From an uncultured Flammeovirgaceae bacterium (GTDB taxonomy: Bacteria > Bacteroidota > Bacteroidia > Cytophagales > Cyclobacteriaceae), in contig CAJWQD010000006.1 in assembly GCA_913045135.1 (NCBI GenBank), positions 159 through 64,158 of the forward strand: a stretch of 64,000 nt of DNA. Reading direction: 5' to 3'. Positions 22,088 through 32,773 of the stretch are shown here, piece by piece. A model generated the notes under the pieces. That model was not told the origin of the DNA. It was given only the letters and a program-made list of their open reading frames with translations, and made no database searches. How positions within the stretch are numbered: the stretch's first letter is position 1; the number at the start of each line of letters is the position of its first letter. The translations under genes and the position numbers were made by a program.

Positions 22088-22374
22088 TGAGTATACTTAT
22101 TAAACCTCTTGTAACGGAAAAATTTTCTGCAATGAATGAGCATGGAAAGTATGGCTTTGTGGTAGAGAGAAGGGCTAACAAGGTACAGATAAGGCAAGAA
22201 GTTGAAAAGAAATATGGTGTTACAGTAGAATTTGTAAATACCATGGTACAACCTGGCAAATCTAAGTCTAGGTCGACGAAAGCTGGTATTATCAAAGGAA
22301 GGTCTAAGACCTACAAAAAAGCTATTGTTAAGATTGCTGACGGTGATATTATTGATTTTTACAGTGGAATTTAA
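22087..22374 (+). CDS. rplW: 50S ribosomal protein L23
   Basis: 95 aa in operon order, L23-like (ILIKPLVTEK). Confidence 0.96.
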   Translation: MSILIKPLVTEKFSAMNEHGKYGFVVERRANKVQIRQEVEKKYGVTVEFVNTMVQPGKSKSRSTKAGIIKGRSKTYKKAIVKIADGDIIDFYSGI

Positions 22375-22384
22375 TTACTGAGAA

Positions 22385-23206
22385 ATGGCTATAAAGAAAC
22401 TCAAACCAACAACTCCAGGACAAAGATTTAGGATAGCACCTGTTTTCGATAAGATAACAGTAGACAGACCTGAAAAGTCTTTAATCTCAGCTGTAAAGAA
22501 GACTGGGGGGAGAAATAACACGGGAAAGATGACTGTCCGCAATGTTGGTGGAGGTCACAAGAAGAGATTAAGAGATGTTGATTTTAAAAGGGATAAGTTC
22601 GATATACCAGCGACAGTCAAATCAATCGAGTATGATCCTAATAGAACAGCCCGAATTGCTTTATTATTTTATGCGGATGGCGAAAAAAAATACATAATTG
22701 CGCCAAATGGTCTTGAAATTGGTACAGTGCTCTTGAGTGGTCCTGGAGTAGCTCCAGATGTTGGAAATGCTTTACCGCTATCGGAAATACCATTAGGTAC
22801 AATCATCCATAATATTGAGTTGAAACCAGGTAAAGGAGGAGCAATGGCAAGAAGTGCAGGATCTTATGCACAGTTAGTTGCTAGGGAGGGAAAGTATGTG
22901 ACTTTGAAATTACCTTCAGGTGAAATGAGGCTTGTATTATCCACTTGCTGCGCAACCATTGGAACAGTGTCCAATAACGATAATATGAATGTGAGATTAG
23001 GTAAGGCGGGAAGAAACAGATGGTTAGGAAGGAGACCTAGGGTAAGAGGTGTGGCTATGAATCCTGTAGATCACCCCATGGGGGGAGGAGAAGGTAAATC
23101 CTCTGGCGGGCATCCGCGTTCAAGAAACGGTATTTATGCCAAAGGGCAGAAAACTAGAAAGCCGAATAAATATTCAGACAAAATGATCATAACTAAAAGG
23201 AAATAA
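22385..23206 (+). CDS. rplB: 50S ribosomal protein L2
   Basis: 273 aa. GGGHKKRLR...[13 protein letters not shown]. Confidence 0.99.
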   Translation: MAIKKLKPTTPGQRFRIAPVFDKITVDRPEKSLISAVKKTGGRNNTGKMTVRNVGGGHKKRLRDVDFKRDKFDIPATVKSIEYDPNRTARIALLFYADGEKKYIIAPNGLEIGTVLLSGPGVAPDVGNALPLSEIPLGTIIHNIELKPGKGGAMARSAGSYAQLVAREGKYVTLKLPSGEMRLVLSTCCATIGTVSNNDNMNVRLGKAGRNRWLGRRPRVRGVAMNPVDHPMGGGEGKSSGGHPRSRNGIYAKGQKTRKPNKYSDKMIITKRK

Positions 23207-23481
23207 TGGCTAGATCTCTCAAAAAAGGACCTTACATTGACTTTCGTCTTGAAAAAAAAGTGAATCTGCTTAATGATTCAGGGAAGAAAAATGTGATCAA
23301 AACTTGGTCAAGAAGGTCAATGATTTCGCCAGACTTTGTTGGCCACACATTTGCCGTGCACAATGGCAATAAATTCATTCCTATTTTGGTTACAGAAAAT
23401 ATGGTAGGGCACAAATTAGGAGAATTTTCCCCAACGCGAAATTTCAGAGGCCACATTGCTAAAAAAGATAAGAAAAGATAA
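23206..23481 (+). CDS. rpsS: 30S ribosomal protein S19
   Basis: 91 aa. SLKKGPYID...GHTFAVHNG. Confidence 0.98.
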   Translation: MARSLKKGPYIDFRLEKKVNLLNDSGKKNVIKTWSRRSMISPDFVGHTFAVHNGNKFIPILVTENMVGHKLGEFSPTRNFRGHIAKKDKKR

Positions 23482-23960
23482 TGGAGGCTGAAGAAAACAA
23501 AAAAGTCAAAAAGTCTGTCAAAATCAGACTTGACAAAGAGGCTAGGAAGGAAGCTAAAAAGTTAGTATCTGGAAAGCAAGGTGCGGTCACTGCCTCCCTG
23601 AGAAACTTTCCATCCGCCGCACGAAAAATGAGGTTAGTGGTTGACATGATAAGAGGCCAGCGCGTAAGTGTAGCATTAAATGTGTTAAAATTCGATACCA
23701 AGTTTGCTTCAAGTATTTTAGAGAAAGTATTATTGTCTGCAATTGCTAATTGGCAATTAAAAAATGAAGAAGTCAATATTGAAGAGGCTGATTTGTTTGT
23801 TAAAGAAATTTATGTTGATAGTGCTCGGATGTTGAAAAGATTACGTACGGCCCCTCAAGGAAGGGCACACAGAATAAGAAAGCGTTCCCATCATCTGGTT
23901 GTTACAGTGGATGATCGTAACGCAAATGTTGAAATTAAGAATGAAATGCAAAAAGATTAA
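23481..23960 (+). CDS. rplV: 50S ribosomal protein L22 with Lys-rich N-terminal and extra C-terminal extensions
   Basis: 159 aa. Core SAARKMRLVVDMIRGQRVSVALNVL...RTAPQGRAHRIRKRSHHLVVTV. About 30 Lys/Glu-rich residues precede the core. Confidence 0.95.
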   Translation: MEAEENKKVKKSVKIRLDKEARKEAKKLVSGKQGAVTASLRNFPSAARKMRLVVDMIRGQRVSVALNVLKFDTKFASSILEKVLLSAIANWQLKNEEVNIEEADLFVKEIYVDSARMLKRLRTAPQGRAHRIRKRSHHLVVTVDDRNANVEIKNEMQKD

Positions 23961-23963
23961 TCG

Positions 23964-24689
23964 ATGGGACAGAAGGTAAACCCAATAAGTTTAAGACTTG
24001 GGATCATTAAAGGATGGGATTCAAATTGGTACGGTGGAAAGTCATTCGCCGACAACATTGTTGAGGACCACAAAATTCGAAAGTATCTTCTTGCAAGAAT
24101 TACAAAAGGTGGGATATCCAAAGTAGTCATTGAAAGGACTTTGAAAAGGATAACCTTGACCATACATACAGCTCGTCCGGGTGTTGTAATTGGTAAGGGC
24201 GGTTCTGAAGTTGACAAGTTAAAAGAAGAATTGAAAAAAATTACTGGTAAAGAACTTCAAATTAATATTTTCGAGATTAAGAGGCCGGAGCTCGATGCCG
24301 TATTAGTGGGGGAATCTATAGCTCAACAATTGAAGGCGAGGATTTCTTACCGAAGAGCTATGAAGCAAGCCATAGCATCAGCTATGCGTGTAGGTGCTTT
24401 GGGAATTAAGATTAAATGTGCGGGCCGCTTGGGCGGTGCTGAAATGGCACGTACCGAACAATATAAAGAGGGTGCGATACCTCTGCATACATTGAGAGCA
24501 GATATTGATTATGCGGTTTCAGAGGCCCAAACCGTGTATGGAAAAATTGGTATAAAGGTATGGATTTTTAAAGGAATGGTCTTTGGTAAAAGAGATCTAT
24601 CTCCAAATATTGGCGTTGCTAACAACGCCGGTGGTGGCAATGCCAATGGGAGATCTAGGCCAGATGGACCAAGGAGAAAAAGAAGATAA
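23964..24689 (+). CDS. rpsC: 30S ribosomal protein S3
   Basis: 241 aa. [13 protein letters not shown], a KH domain, and a basic Gly/Asn-rich C-terminal tail. Confidence 0.98.
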   Translation: MGQKVNPISLRLGIIKGWDSNWYGGKSFADNIVEDHKIRKYLLARITKGGISKVVIERTLKRITLTIHTARPGVVIGKGGSEVDKLKEELKKITGKELQINIFEIKRPELDAVLVGESIAQQLKARISYRRAMKQAIASAMRVGALGIKIKCAGRLGGAEMARTEQYKEGAIPLHTLRADIDYAVSEAQTVYGKIGIKVWIFKGMVFGKRDLSPNIGVANNAGGGNANGRSRPDGPRRKRR

Positions 24690-24707
24690 TTTTAAAGATA
24701 TTTAAAA

Positions 24708-25127
24708 ATGTTACAGCCTAAGCGAACAAAATTTAGAAAGAGGCAAAAAGGAAGGGTTAAAGGTTTAGCGCAAAGGGGGCACCAACTAGCTTTCGGCACT
24801 TTTGGAATCAAATCTCTTGAGCCAGGATGGTTGACGAGTCGTCAGATTGAGGCAGCACGTATTGCTATGACTCGATCTATGAAGAGAGAAGGCCAAGTGT
24901 GGATTAGAATTTTTCCAGATAAACCAGTGACCAAAAAGCCAGCTGAAGTTAGAATGGGAAAAGGTAAGGGGGCGCCTGAATATTGGGTGGCCTGTGTAAA
25001 GCCTGGCACAATTTTATTTGAAGCTGCGGGTGTAACTCGGAATTTAGCAAAAGAGGCATTAAGTTTGGCAGCACAAAAGTTGCCTATAAGTACAAGGTTT
25101 GTTGTAAAAAGGGATTATCGAGAATGA
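24708..25127 (+). CDS. rplP: 50S ribosomal protein L16
   Basis: 139 aa. [16 protein letters not shown]. Confidence 0.98.
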   Translation: MLQPKRTKFRKRQKGRVKGLAQRGHQLAFGTFGIKSLEPGWLTSRQIEAARIAMTRSMKREGQVWIRIFPDKPVTKKPAEVRMGKGKGAPEYWVACVKPGTILFEAAGVTRNLAKEALSLAAQKLPISTRFVVKRDYRE

Positions 25128-25318
25128 AAAATTCTGAGTTGAGAAGTCTAAATATAGATGAGTTGACAAATAAACTTGTCATGGAAAAAGAGGCATATAG
25201 TAAATTGACTTTCGCCCATGCTATTACGCCTATTGAAAATCCTATGAAGATTAGAGCAGTGCGTAAATTAATTGCAAGATTGGAAACTGAAGTTCGAGCT
25301 AAGCAGCTTGTAAAATAA
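25124..25318 (+). CDS. rpmC: 50S ribosomal protein L29
   Basis: 64 aa in operon order, L29-like helical protein. Confidence 0.93.
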   Translation: MKNSELRSLNIDELTNKLVMEKEAYSKLTFAHAITPIENPMKIRAVRKLIARLETEVRAKQLVK

Positions 25319-25325
25319 AGGGTTT

Positions 25326-25580
25326 ATGGAAAGAAATCTTAGAAAGGAAAGGGTAGGCTTAGTTACAGGCGATAAGATGCAAAAAAGTATCACTGTAGCT
25401 GTGGTAAGAAAGGTGAAACACCCTATTTATGGCAAATTTGTTCAAAAGACTACCAAACTTACAGCCCACGATGAGCAAAATGATTGTAATGTTGGAGATA
25501 CTGTTAAAATTATGGAGACGCGTCCCTTAAGTAAAAGTAAGAGATGGCGTTTAGTAGAAATCGTTAAAAGGGCTAAATAA
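25326..25580 (+). CDS. rpsQ: 30S ribosomal protein S17
   Basis: 84 aa. [12 protein letters not shown]...HPIYGKF...HDE. Confidence 0.96.
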   Translation: MERNLRKERVGLVTGDKMQKSITVAVVRKVKHPIYGKFVQKTTKLTAHDEQNDCNVGDTVKIMETRPLSKSKRWRLVEIVKRAK

Positions 25581-25581
25581 A

Positions 25582-25950
25582 ATGGTGCAGCAAGAATCAA
25601 GGCTTAAAGTAGCAGATAACAGCGGAGCTAAAGAGGTGTTATGCATTCGCGTTTTGGGAGGTACCAAAAAGCGATATGCCTACATTGGTGATATGATTGT
25701 AGTTTCGATTAAATCTGCAATTTCATCTAGCTCCATTAAGAAAGGAACAGTTTCCAGGGCCGTTGTCGTTCGTACCAAGAAAGAGATTAGGAGAAAGGAT
25801 GGTTCTTATGTTCGATTTGAAGATAATGCAGCCGTTTTACTCAATGAAAATAATGAGCCCAAAGGGACTCGAATTTTTGGTCCTGTTGCTCGAGAATTGC
25901 GGGAAAAGCAATTTATGAAAATTGTTTCATTGGCACCAGAAGTATTATAA
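25582..25950 (+). CDS. rplN: 50S ribosomal protein L14
   Basis: 122 aa. [19 protein letters not shown]. Confidence 0.99.
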   Translation: MVQQESRLKVADNSGAKEVLCIRVLGGTKKRYAYIGDMIVVSIKSAISSSSIKKGTVSRAVVVRTKKEIRRKDGSYVRFEDNAAVLLNENNEPKGTRIFGPVARELREKQFMKIVSLAPEVL

Positions 25951-25952
25951 CT

Positions 25953-26279
25953 ATGTCTGATATAAAAAAAATATACATAAAGAAAGGTGACACTGTTAAA
26001 ATTCTCACTGGGAATGACAAGGGTAAAACAGGTAAAGTACTGGAAATAATAACCAGTAATTATAGAGCAATTGTTGAGGGGATGAATATGGTTACTAAAC
26101 ATGTAAAGCCTTCAGCTGAAAAGCCCGAGGGTGGACTGATCAATACTGAAGCGACGCTGCATATCAGTAATTTAATGCTAGTCGAACCGGCATCGGGTGA
26201 GCCGACTAGAGTTGGAAGAAAATTGAATGCTGATGGTAAAAATCAGCGTTATTCTAAAAAATCAGGAGAATTTATTTAA
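25953..26279 (+). CDS. rplX: 50S ribosomal protein L24
   Basis: 108 aa. KOW motif [21 protein letters not shown]. Confidence 0.96.
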   Translation: MSDIKKIYIKKGDTVKILTGNDKGKTGKVLEIITSNYRAIVEGMNMVTKHVKPSAEKPEGGLINTEATLHISNLMLVEPASGEPTRVGRKLNADGKNQRYSKKSGEFI

Positions 26280-26280
26280 G

Positions 26281-26835
26281 ATGGCAATCCCAAGATTAAA
26301 AGATAAATATATTTCAGAAATTATTCCTTTGTTAAAGGAAAAGTTTCAATATAAGTCGATAATGCAAGTACCGAAAGTAGTTAAAATAGCTATAAACAGA
26401 GGTATTGGCGATGCCGTGTCTGACAAAAAGTTAGTAGATATTGGAATTACAGAGTTAACTGCAGTTGCTGGACAACAAGCAGTAGCAACATTAGCAAAAA
26501 AATCGGTATCCAATTTTAAGTTGAGAGAAGGTATGCCCATCGGTGCAAAGGTGACTCTAAGGGGAGATCGTATGTATGAGTTTCTCGATAGATTGTTAAG
26601 CGTAGCACTCCCGAGAGTCAGAGACTTCAAAGGTGTCAAATCTAGAGGTTTTGATGGTCGAGGTAATTATTCGTTAGGTGTACAGGAGCAAATTATTTTT
26701 CCAGAAATCAGTATCGATAAAATTAACAAGATTGCGGGAATGGATATCACCTTTGTTACAACAGCTAAAACAGATGAAGAAAGTTTGGCATTGCTGAAAG
26801 CGTTTGGTATGCCTTTTTCTAAGGGTAAAAATTAA
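26281..26835 (+). CDS. rplE: 50S ribosomal protein L5
   Basis: The start is set at ATG 26281 ([10 protein letters not shown]); the track ORF starts inside rplX. L5 family ([15 protein letters not shown]). Confidence 0.97.
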   Translation: MAIPRLKDKYISEIIPLLKEKFQYKSIMQVPKVVKIAINRGIGDAVSDKKLVDIGITELTAVAGQQAVATLAKKSVSNFKLREGMPIGAKVTLRGDRMYEFLDRLLSVALPRVRDFKGVKSRGFDGRGNYSLGVQEQIIFPEISIDKINKIAGMDITFVTTAKTDEESLALLKAFGMPFSKGKN

Positions 26836-26843
26836 TTAAGAGA

Positions 26844-27113
26844 ATGGCAAAAGAATCATTAAAAGCAAAAGAAAGAAAAAGAGAACGATTAGTCGCGAAG
26901 TTCGCTGAAAAGAGAAAAGCACTTAAGGCTGCCGGGGATTACATAGGTCTAGATAAACTTCCAAAGGATTCATCGCCCGTTAGACTGCACAACAGATGTA
27001 AGCTTACTGGAAGACCGAAGGGTTACATTAGAAAATTTGGCTTATCTAGGGTAACTTTCCGAGAGATGGCGTCAGATGGAAAAATACCAGGTATAACCAA
27101 AGCAAGTTGGTAA
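26844..27113 (+). CDS. rpsN: 30S ribosomal protein S14 (long, non-zinc form)
   Basis: 89 aa. [24 protein letters not shown]...ASW. Confidence 0.96.
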   Translation: MAKESLKAKERKRERLVAKFAEKRKALKAAGDYIGLDKLPKDSSPVRLHNRCKLTGRPKGYIRKFGLSRVTFREMASDGKIPGITKASW

Positions 27114-27152
27114 TTTTAAGCGTAAAATATTTTCTAAATAGAAAACAATAAT

Positions 27153-27160
27153 TAAATTTG
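27153..27160 (+). promoter_or_regulatory. candidate internal -7 promoter box upstream of rpsH
   Basis: TAAATTTG lies in the 82-nt rpsN-rpsH spacer. A hairpin CCCTT-TTC-AAGGG follows at 27164-27176. Confidence 0.4.
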
Positions 27161-27195
27161 CGTCCCTTTTCAAGGGGATAAAATCAAAAACATTT

Positions 27196-27594
27196 ATGGT
27201 AACAGATCCCATAGCAGATTATTTAACTAGAATTCGAAATGCAATTGGCGCAAATCACAGAATTGTAGAGATTCCCTCTTCTCGAATGAAAAAGGAAATA
27301 ACCAAACTTTTACATGACCAAGGATATATTGCTAATTTCAAATTCGAAAAGGAAGGGCCGGGATCGGTGATAAAAATTGCCCTCAAATATAATCCTGAGA
27401 CTAAGCGTTCGGCAATAACTAGCCTTGAACGCGTGAGCAAGCCAGGTCTTAGAAAGTATAAGGGGTCCAAAGAGCTCCCACGTGTACTTAATGGCTTGGG
27501 AATAGCCGTGATTAGTACATCAAAAGGCATAATTACTGATAAGAGAGCGAGAATGGAAAATATAGGTGGTGAAATACTTTGTTACGTTTATTAA
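27196..27594 (+). CDS. rpsH: 30S ribosomal protein S8
   Basis: 132 aa. DPIADYLTRIRNA...GGEILCYVY. Confidence 0.98.
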   Translation: MVTDPIADYLTRIRNAIGANHRIVEIPSSRMKKEITKLLHDQGYIANFKFEKEGPGSVIKIALKYNPETKRSAITSLERVSKPGLRKYKGSKELPRVLNGLGIAVISTSKGIITDKRARMENIGGEILCYVY

Positions 27595-27600
27595 TTTGAT

Positions 27601-28152
27601 ATGTCGAGAATAGGAAAAGCGCCAATAACCATACCTTCAGGAGTAGATATAACTATAAATGAAGGAGAGGTGATAGTTAATGGACCTAAGGGGCGACTGT
27701 CACAGAATATTGGTACTGAGATTACCGCCTTAGTTCAGGATGGTACTTTAACAGTGCAGAGACCTACAGAGCAGAAAAGGCATAAAGCGCTTCATGGCTT
27801 ATACCGATCATTGATTTATAATATGGTAAGAGGTGTCACGGAAGGTTACAGCTGTAATCTTGAATTGGTTGGAGTAGGTTATAAAGCTATTGTTCAGGGG
27901 AATGTTCTAGAGTTGAATTTGGGTTATTCTCATAATATTTTTCTAGAGGTTCCATCAGAGATTCAGGTTTCAGCTGAAACGGCAAAGGGTAAAAATCCTA
28001 TTGTTAGGCTTGATAGTAACGACAAACAGATGATAGGGCAGGTAGCTGCTAAAATTAAGTCACTGAGAAAAATTGAGCCATATAAAGGTAAAGGTATTCG
28101 GTTTGTAGATGAGGAGATTAGGAGAAAAGCTGGTAAGACAGCTGCAAAATAG
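27601..28152 (+). CDS. rplF: 50S ribosomal protein L6
   Basis: 183 aa. MSRIGKAPITIPSGV...EPYKGKGIR. Confidence 0.98.
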   Translation: MSRIGKAPITIPSGVDITINEGEVIVNGPKGRLSQNIGTEITALVQDGTLTVQRPTEQKRHKALHGLYRSLIYNMVRGVTEGYSCNLELVGVGYKAIVQGNVLELNLGYSHNIFLEVPSEIQVSAETAKGKNPIVRLDSNDKQMIGQVAAKIKSLRKIEPYKGKGIRFVDEEIRRKAGKTAAK

Positions 28153-28160
28153 AAAGAGAA

Positions 28161-28508
28161 ATGGCTATTTCAAGGGTAAATAGAAGATTTAGAATTAGAA
28201 AAGGTATTAGGAGCAAAATTTCAGGCACTAGCTCCATACCGCGATTATCGGTATATAGAAGCAATCGGGCAATTTATGCTCAACTAATTAATGATGAGAA
28301 GGGAGAAACACTATTAGCAGTTTCGTCTAAAGAAGTTGGAATTTCGAGTGTTACAGTGATAACTTCAAAAGAGGTAGGGTTAAAACTAGCTGAAAAAGCA
28401 CAATCCAACGGAATTAAAAAAGTTGTTTTTGATCGTGGTGGTTATCCTTTCCATGGTCAGGTTAAAGCTATGGCTGAAGGAGCACGGGAGGGAGGATTAA
28501 AATTTTAA
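28161..28508 (+). CDS. rplR: 50S ribosomal protein L18
   Basis: 115 aa. RLSVYRSNRAIYAQLIND...FDRGGYPFHGQVKA. Confidence 0.97.
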   Translation: MAISRVNRRFRIRKGIRSKISGTSSIPRLSVYRSNRAIYAQLINDEKGETLLAVSSKEVGISSVTVITSKEVGLKLAEKAQSNGIKKVVFDRGGYPFHGQVKAMAEGAREGGLKF

Positions 28509-28514
28509 CAAAGT

Positions 28515-29033
28515 ATGTCACAATCAAATATCAAAATAGTCCGAGCAAGCGATATAGATCTCAAGGAAAAGGTAGTCGCTATCAAACGAGTTGCTAAAGT
28601 GGTTAAAGGTGGTCGCAGATTTAGTTTCTCGGCTATTGTAGTCGTAGGAGATGGAAATGGAGTTGTAGGATATGGCTTAGGAAAAGCCAATGAAGTAACA
28701 GATGCGATAACGAAAGGCATTGATGATGCTAAGAAAAATTTGGTGCGTGTACCTATTTTTAAAGGTACCGTACCCCATGAAGCTATTGGAAAATTTGGTG
28801 GTGGATTTGTTTTATTAAAGCCGGCATCAGCAGGTACGGGCGTTATTGCTGGTGGAGCAATGCGTGCCGTCCTAGAGAGTGCTGGCGTTCATGATGTTTT
28901 AGCTAAATCAAAAGGGTCTTCTAATCCGCATAATGTGGTAAAGGCAACTTTTGATGCGCTTGCACAGATGAGAGATCCATTGACCATTGCAAGACAGCGT
29001 GGTGTTACATTAGACAAAGTTTTTAACGGATAG
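28515..29033 (+). CDS. rpsE: 30S ribosomal protein S5
   Basis: 172 aa. [25 protein letters not shown]. Confidence 0.98.
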   Translation: MSQSNIKIVRASDIDLKEKVVAIKRVAKVVKGGRRFSFSAIVVVGDGNGVVGYGLGKANEVTDAITKGIDDAKKNLVRVPIFKGTVPHEAIGKFGGGFVLLKPASAGTGVIAGGAMRAVLESAGVHDVLAKSKGSSNPHNVVKATFDALAQMRDPLTIARQRGVTLDKVFNG

Positions 29034-29036
29034 ATT

Positions 29037-29216
29037 ATGAATAAAGTATTAGTTACTCAGATTCGAAGCACTATAAAACGACCCAAGAGGCAAGTACTAA
29101 CTATTCAAGCACTTGGGCTGGGCAAGATTAATAAAACTGTTGAGAAGGAGTTAACTCCCCAAATCGCCGGAATGATCAGTAAGGTGAGTCACCTCGTAAA
29201 TGTAAAAAATGTTTAA
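29037..29216 (+). CDS. rpmD: 50S ribosomal protein L30 (absent from ORF track, 59 aa)
   Basis: Hand translation: [59 protein letters not shown], ending at TAA 29214-29216. It sits in the expected slot between rpsE and rplO. Confidence 0.92.
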   Translation: MNKVLVTQIRSTIKRPKRQVLTIQALGLGKINKTVEKELTPQIAGMISKVSHLVNVKNV

Positions 29217-29217
29217 G

Positions 29218-29667
29218 ATGAAATTAGAATCATTAAAACCAGCAGCAGGATCGATTAAGAAAAGAAAAATTATTGGCAGAGGTCAAGGATCTGGTAGGGG
29301 AGGTACATCAACTAAAGGGCACAATGGTGCTCAGTCACGTGCGGGTTATTCTCGGAAAATTGGTTTTGAGGGAGGACAAATGCCGTTACAGAGAAGAATT
29401 CCTAAGTTTGGATTTAAAAATAATAATAGGATCATATCAAAGGCTGTAAATTTAGATACACTTGAGTCTTTGGCCAATGCAAAGAAGCTTAAGAACATTA
29501 CCCTTGAGGTTTTGATCCAAAATGGACTGATAGGAAAAAAAGACGTGGTTAAAATATTAAGTAGGGGAGAAATTAAATCTAAACTTTCGGTCACAGTTCA
29601 TAAGTTTTCAAAAGCTGCAGTCAAGGCTATTGAAGCTGCAGGTGGAACAGCTACAGTTATAGGTTGA
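29218..29667 (+). CDS. rplO: 50S ribosomal protein L15
   Basis: MKLESLKPAAGS...GRGQGSGRGGTSTKGHNG. ATG 29218 is preferred to the track start 29209, which lies inside rpmD. Confidence 0.96.
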   Translation: MKLESLKPAAGSIKKRKIIGRGQGSGRGGTSTKGHNGAQSRAGYSRKIGFEGGQMPLQRRIPKFGFKNNNRIISKAVNLDTLESLANAKKLKNITLEVLIQNGLIGKKDVVKILSRGEIKSKLSVTVHKFSKAAVKAIEAAGGTATVIG

Positions 29668-30980
29668 TGAAAAAATTCTTCAATACCATATCTAATATAT
29701 TTTCAATCGGGGAACTTCGGACGAGGATTCTTAATACATTAGGTTTCCTTATTGTTTTCAGATTAGGTTCTTTTATCACCTTACCCGGCATAGATCCATC
29801 CAAACTCGTAGATAATGCAGGTGGAATCTTTGGCCTGCTCGATACCTTTCTAGGAGGAGCTTTTAGTAACGCTTCGATCTTCGGTCTAGGTATTATGCCT
29901 TATATATCTGCATCTATTGTACTGCAACTGCTTACCGTTGCCGTACCATATTTCCAAAAATTACAAAAAGAAGGAGACAGTGGTCGAAAAAAGATCAGTC
30001 AAATAACTAGAGTTTTGACCTTATTTATATGTATGGCCCAATCTGCAGCTTATTTAACAACTATATCTGCTGATGCTATTGTAATAAACGGGTTCTTCTT
30101 TAGAATTTCATCCATGATAATGCTCACAGCAGGTACTGTATTTTGTATGTGGTTGGGAGAAAAAATAACAGATAAGGGAATAGGTAATGGCATTTCTATG
30201 TTGATTATGATTGGTATTATCTCCAGATTTCCTGCAAGTATTGTGGCAGAAGCTATGTCACGTGGAATGAGTCAATTGCTCTTCTTTTTCATCGAAATGG
30301 TAGCGTTGTTTTTCGTAGTTATGGCAACAGTAGCTCTAGTTCAGGCAATTAGAAGAATACCAGTACAATATGCCAAGCAGGTTGTCGGAAACAAAGTTTA
30401 CGGAGGTCAGCGGCAATATATACCATTGAAGGTCAACAGCTCGGGGGTTATGCCTATCATTTTCGCCCAGTCTTTAATGTTTCTACCTGCAATGATTGGT
30501 GGCATTTGGGCTGAAAACAGTGATACTGCACAATGGGTGGTAGCAACTTTTTCAAGAGTTGAGTCCTGGCAGTACAGCGTATTATTTGCCTGCTTGATTA
30601 TCGTATTTACCTTTTTCTACACAGCCATTACAATCAACCCAACGCAAATATCAGATGATATGAAAAGAAATGGTGGATTTATACCAGGAATAAAGCCTGG
30701 GAAACAGACTTCAGAATTCATCGACGGAGTATTATCTAGAATCACGTTACCAGGGTCTGTATTTTTGGCAATAATAGCTATTTTGCCCGCATTTGCGATT
30801 TTAAGTGGTGTAAGTCGAGGGTTTGCACAATTTTATGGAGGAACTTCACTACTCATCATGGTAGGTGTTATTTTAGATACATTACAACAAATAGAAAGCT
30901 ATTTGTTGATGAGGCATTATGAAGGAATGATGAAATCAGGTAGAGTCAGAGGTAGATCTCAAAATACAGTAGTAGCATAA
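29667..30980 (+). CDS. secY: preprotein translocase subunit SecY
   Basis: About 437 aa multi-TM protein with SecY signatures ([21 protein letters not shown]). ATG 29667 overlaps the rplO TGA. Confidence 0.98.
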   Translation: MKKFFNTISNIFSIGELRTRILNTLGFLIVFRLGSFITLPGIDPSKLVDNAGGIFGLLDTFLGGAFSNASIFGLGIMPYISASIVLQLLTVAVPYFQKLQKEGDSGRKKISQITRVLTLFICMAQSAAYLTTISADAIVINGFFFRISSMIMLTAGTVFCMWLGEKITDKGIGNGISMLIMIGIISRFPASIVAEAMSRGMSQLLFFFIEMVALFFVVMATVALVQAIRRIPVQYAKQVVGNKVYGGQRQYIPLKVNSSGVMPIIFAQSLMFLPAMIGGIWAENSDTAQWVVATFSRVESWQYSVLFACLIIVFTFFYTAITINPTQISDDMKRNGGFIPGIKPGKQTSEFIDGVLSRITLPGSVFLAIIAILPAFAILSGVSRGFAQFYGGTSLLIMVGVILDTLQQIESYLLMRHYEGMMKSGRVRGRSQNTVVA

Positions 30981-31198
30981 TGGCAAAACAAGCATCCATA
31001 GAGCAAGACGGAACTATAGTAGAAGCACTTTCAAATGCGATGTTTCGGGTCGAGCTAGAAAATGGGCATGAAGTTGTAGCCCACATCTCAGGAAAGATGA
31101 GAATGTTTTATATTAAAATATTACCAGGAGATCGTGTGAAGATGGAAATGTCTCCGTATGATTTGTCGAAAGGTAGAATCGTGTATCGATATAAATAA
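30980..31198 (+). CDS. infA: translation initiation factor IF-1
   Basis: 72 aa. [31 protein letters not shown]. taATG overlap with secY; there is no map or adk in between. Confidence 0.98.
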   Translation: MAKQASIEQDGTIVEALSNAMFRVELENGHEVVAHISGKMRMFYIKILPGDRVKMEMSPYDLSKGRIVYRYK

Positions 31199-31203
31199 AT
31201 AAG

Positions 31204-31320
31204 ATGAAAGTTAGAGCATCAGTAAAAAAGAGAAGTGTCGATTGCAAAGTAATCCGAAGAAAAGGGAAACTATACGTAATCAACAAAAAGAACCCAAAGT
31301 TTAAACAAAGACAAGGTTAG
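31204..31320 (+). CDS. rpmJ: 50S ribosomal protein L36 (absent from ORF track, 38 aa)
   Basis: Hand translation: [38 protein letters not shown], ending at TAG 31318-31320. Confidence 0.93.
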   Translation: MKVRASVKKRSVDCKVIRRKGKLYVINKKNPKFKQRQG

Positions 31321-31321
31321 T

Positions 31322-31699
31322 ATGGCCAGAATTGCAGGAGTAGATATCCCAGATGTAAAGAGAGGTGAGATAGGTCTTACCTACATATTTGGTATAGGAA
31401 AAAATAGAGCTAGAAAGATTTTATCAGAGGCTGGTGTCGATGCAAATTTAAAAGTGAAAGATTGGAGTGATGAGGATCAAGTTAAGATCAGATCTATCAT
31501 CACAGAAACTATTAAGGTAGAGGGTGTTCTCAAGTCTGAAATACAGTTAAGTATTAAAAGATTGATGGATATAGGCTGTTTTCGAGGTCTTAGACATCGA
31601 AAAGGCTTGCCTCTAAGAGGCCAAAGAACTAAAAATAATGCGCGAACAAGAAAAGGAAAGCGTAAAACGGTAGCGAATAAGAAGAAAGCGGTTAAGTAA
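31322..31699 (+). CDS. rpsM: 30S ribosomal protein S13
   Basis: 125 aa. [10 protein letters not shown]...[23 protein letters not shown]. Confidence 0.98.
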   Translation: MARIAGVDIPDVKRGEIGLTYIFGIGKNRARKILSEAGVDANLKVKDWSDEDQVKIRSIITETIKVEGVLKSEIQLSIKRLMDIGCFRGLRHRKGLPLRGQRTKNNARTRKGKRKTVANKKKAVK

Positions 31700-31708
31700 A
31701 ATAATATA

Positions 31709-32101
31709 ATGGCACAAAAAAGAAAAGATAAGGCAAAAAAAAGAGTAGTTGTAGTCGAAGCTGTGGGTGAGGCTCATATTCAAGCAACTTTTAATAACAT
31801 CATTATTTCTTTAACCAACACGCAAGGGCAAGTAGTATCGTGGGCTTCTGCAGGGAAAATGGGATTTAGAGGTTCAAAAAAGAATACACCTTATGCCGGA
31901 CAGGTAGCGGCAGCGGATTGTGCTCAGAAAGCTCATGAGATGGGTTTAAGAAAAGTCGAGGTTTTTGTCAAAGGGCCGGGTGCCGGTAGAGAATCTGCAA
32001 TCAGAGCGATCCAAAATACTGGAATTGAGGTAACTGCAATTAGAGATGTGACACCACTTCCGCATAATGGATGTAGGCCACCGAAAAGAAGAAGAGTTTA
32101 A
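31709..32101 (+). CDS. rpsK: 30S ribosomal protein S11
   Basis: 130 aa. [18 protein letters not shown]...[16 protein letters not shown]. Confidence 0.98.
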   Translation: MAQKRKDKAKKRVVVVEAVGEAHIQATFNNIIISLTNTQGQVVSWASAGKMGFRGSKKNTPYAGQVAAADCAQKAHEMGLRKVEVFVKGPGAGRESAIRAIQNTGIEVTAIRDVTPLPHNGCRPPKRRRV

Positions 32102-32138
32102 TGAAGAATTTAATTAAGTCCTATAATACGAAGTAGAT

Positions 32139-32744
32139 ATGGCTAGATATAGAGGTCCTAAGTCCAAGATAGCAAGAAAATTTGGAGAACCCATTTTTGG
32201 TCCAAGTAAGGCATTGCAAAATAAAGCATATCCCCCTGGTCAACATGGAAAGGGTAGAAGAAAAAAGCTTTCTGAATTTGCGATACAACTTGCAGAAAAA
32301 CAGAAGGCCAAGTATACTTATGGTTTGTTGGAAAAGCAGTTTGCGAACGTTTTCAATAAAGCGTCTCGTAAAAGTGGGATAACAGGGGAAATTTTACTTC
32401 AATTACTAGAATCGAGACTAGACAATACTATTTATAGACTTGGTATCGCGTCTACACGAAGAGCTGCGCGACAGTTGGTATTGCACAAGCACATCATGGT
32501 TAATGAAAGAATTGTTAATATCCCATCATACAGTTTAAGGAGTAATGATGTGGTATCAGTTCGAGAACGTTCTAAATCTTTAGAATTGATATCAAATAGT
32601 CTTGCGTCTAATGCCACCAAAACATTTTCTTGGTTGGAATGGAACAGTACTGATTACATAGGAAAATTTTTAAATCTTCCTGAGAGAGAAGAAATACCTG
32701 AAAATATTAAGGAACAGCTTATTGTTGAGCTGTACTCAAAATAA
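32139..32744 (+). CDS. rpsD: 30S ribosomal protein S4
   Basis: 201 aa. [16 protein letters not shown] and an S4 RNA-binding domain. Confidence 0.98.
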   Translation: MARYRGPKSKIARKFGEPIFGPSKALQNKAYPPGQHGKGRRKKLSEFAIQLAEKQKAKYTYGLLEKQFANVFNKASRKSGITGEILLQLLESRLDNTIYRLGIASTRRAARQLVLHKHIMVNERIVNIPSYSLRSNDVVSVRERSKSLELISNSLASNATKTFSWLEWNSTDYIGKFLNLPEREEIPENIKEQLIVELYSK

Positions 32745-32773
32745 TTGATTTACTACAAGTTAAAAATAACAAT

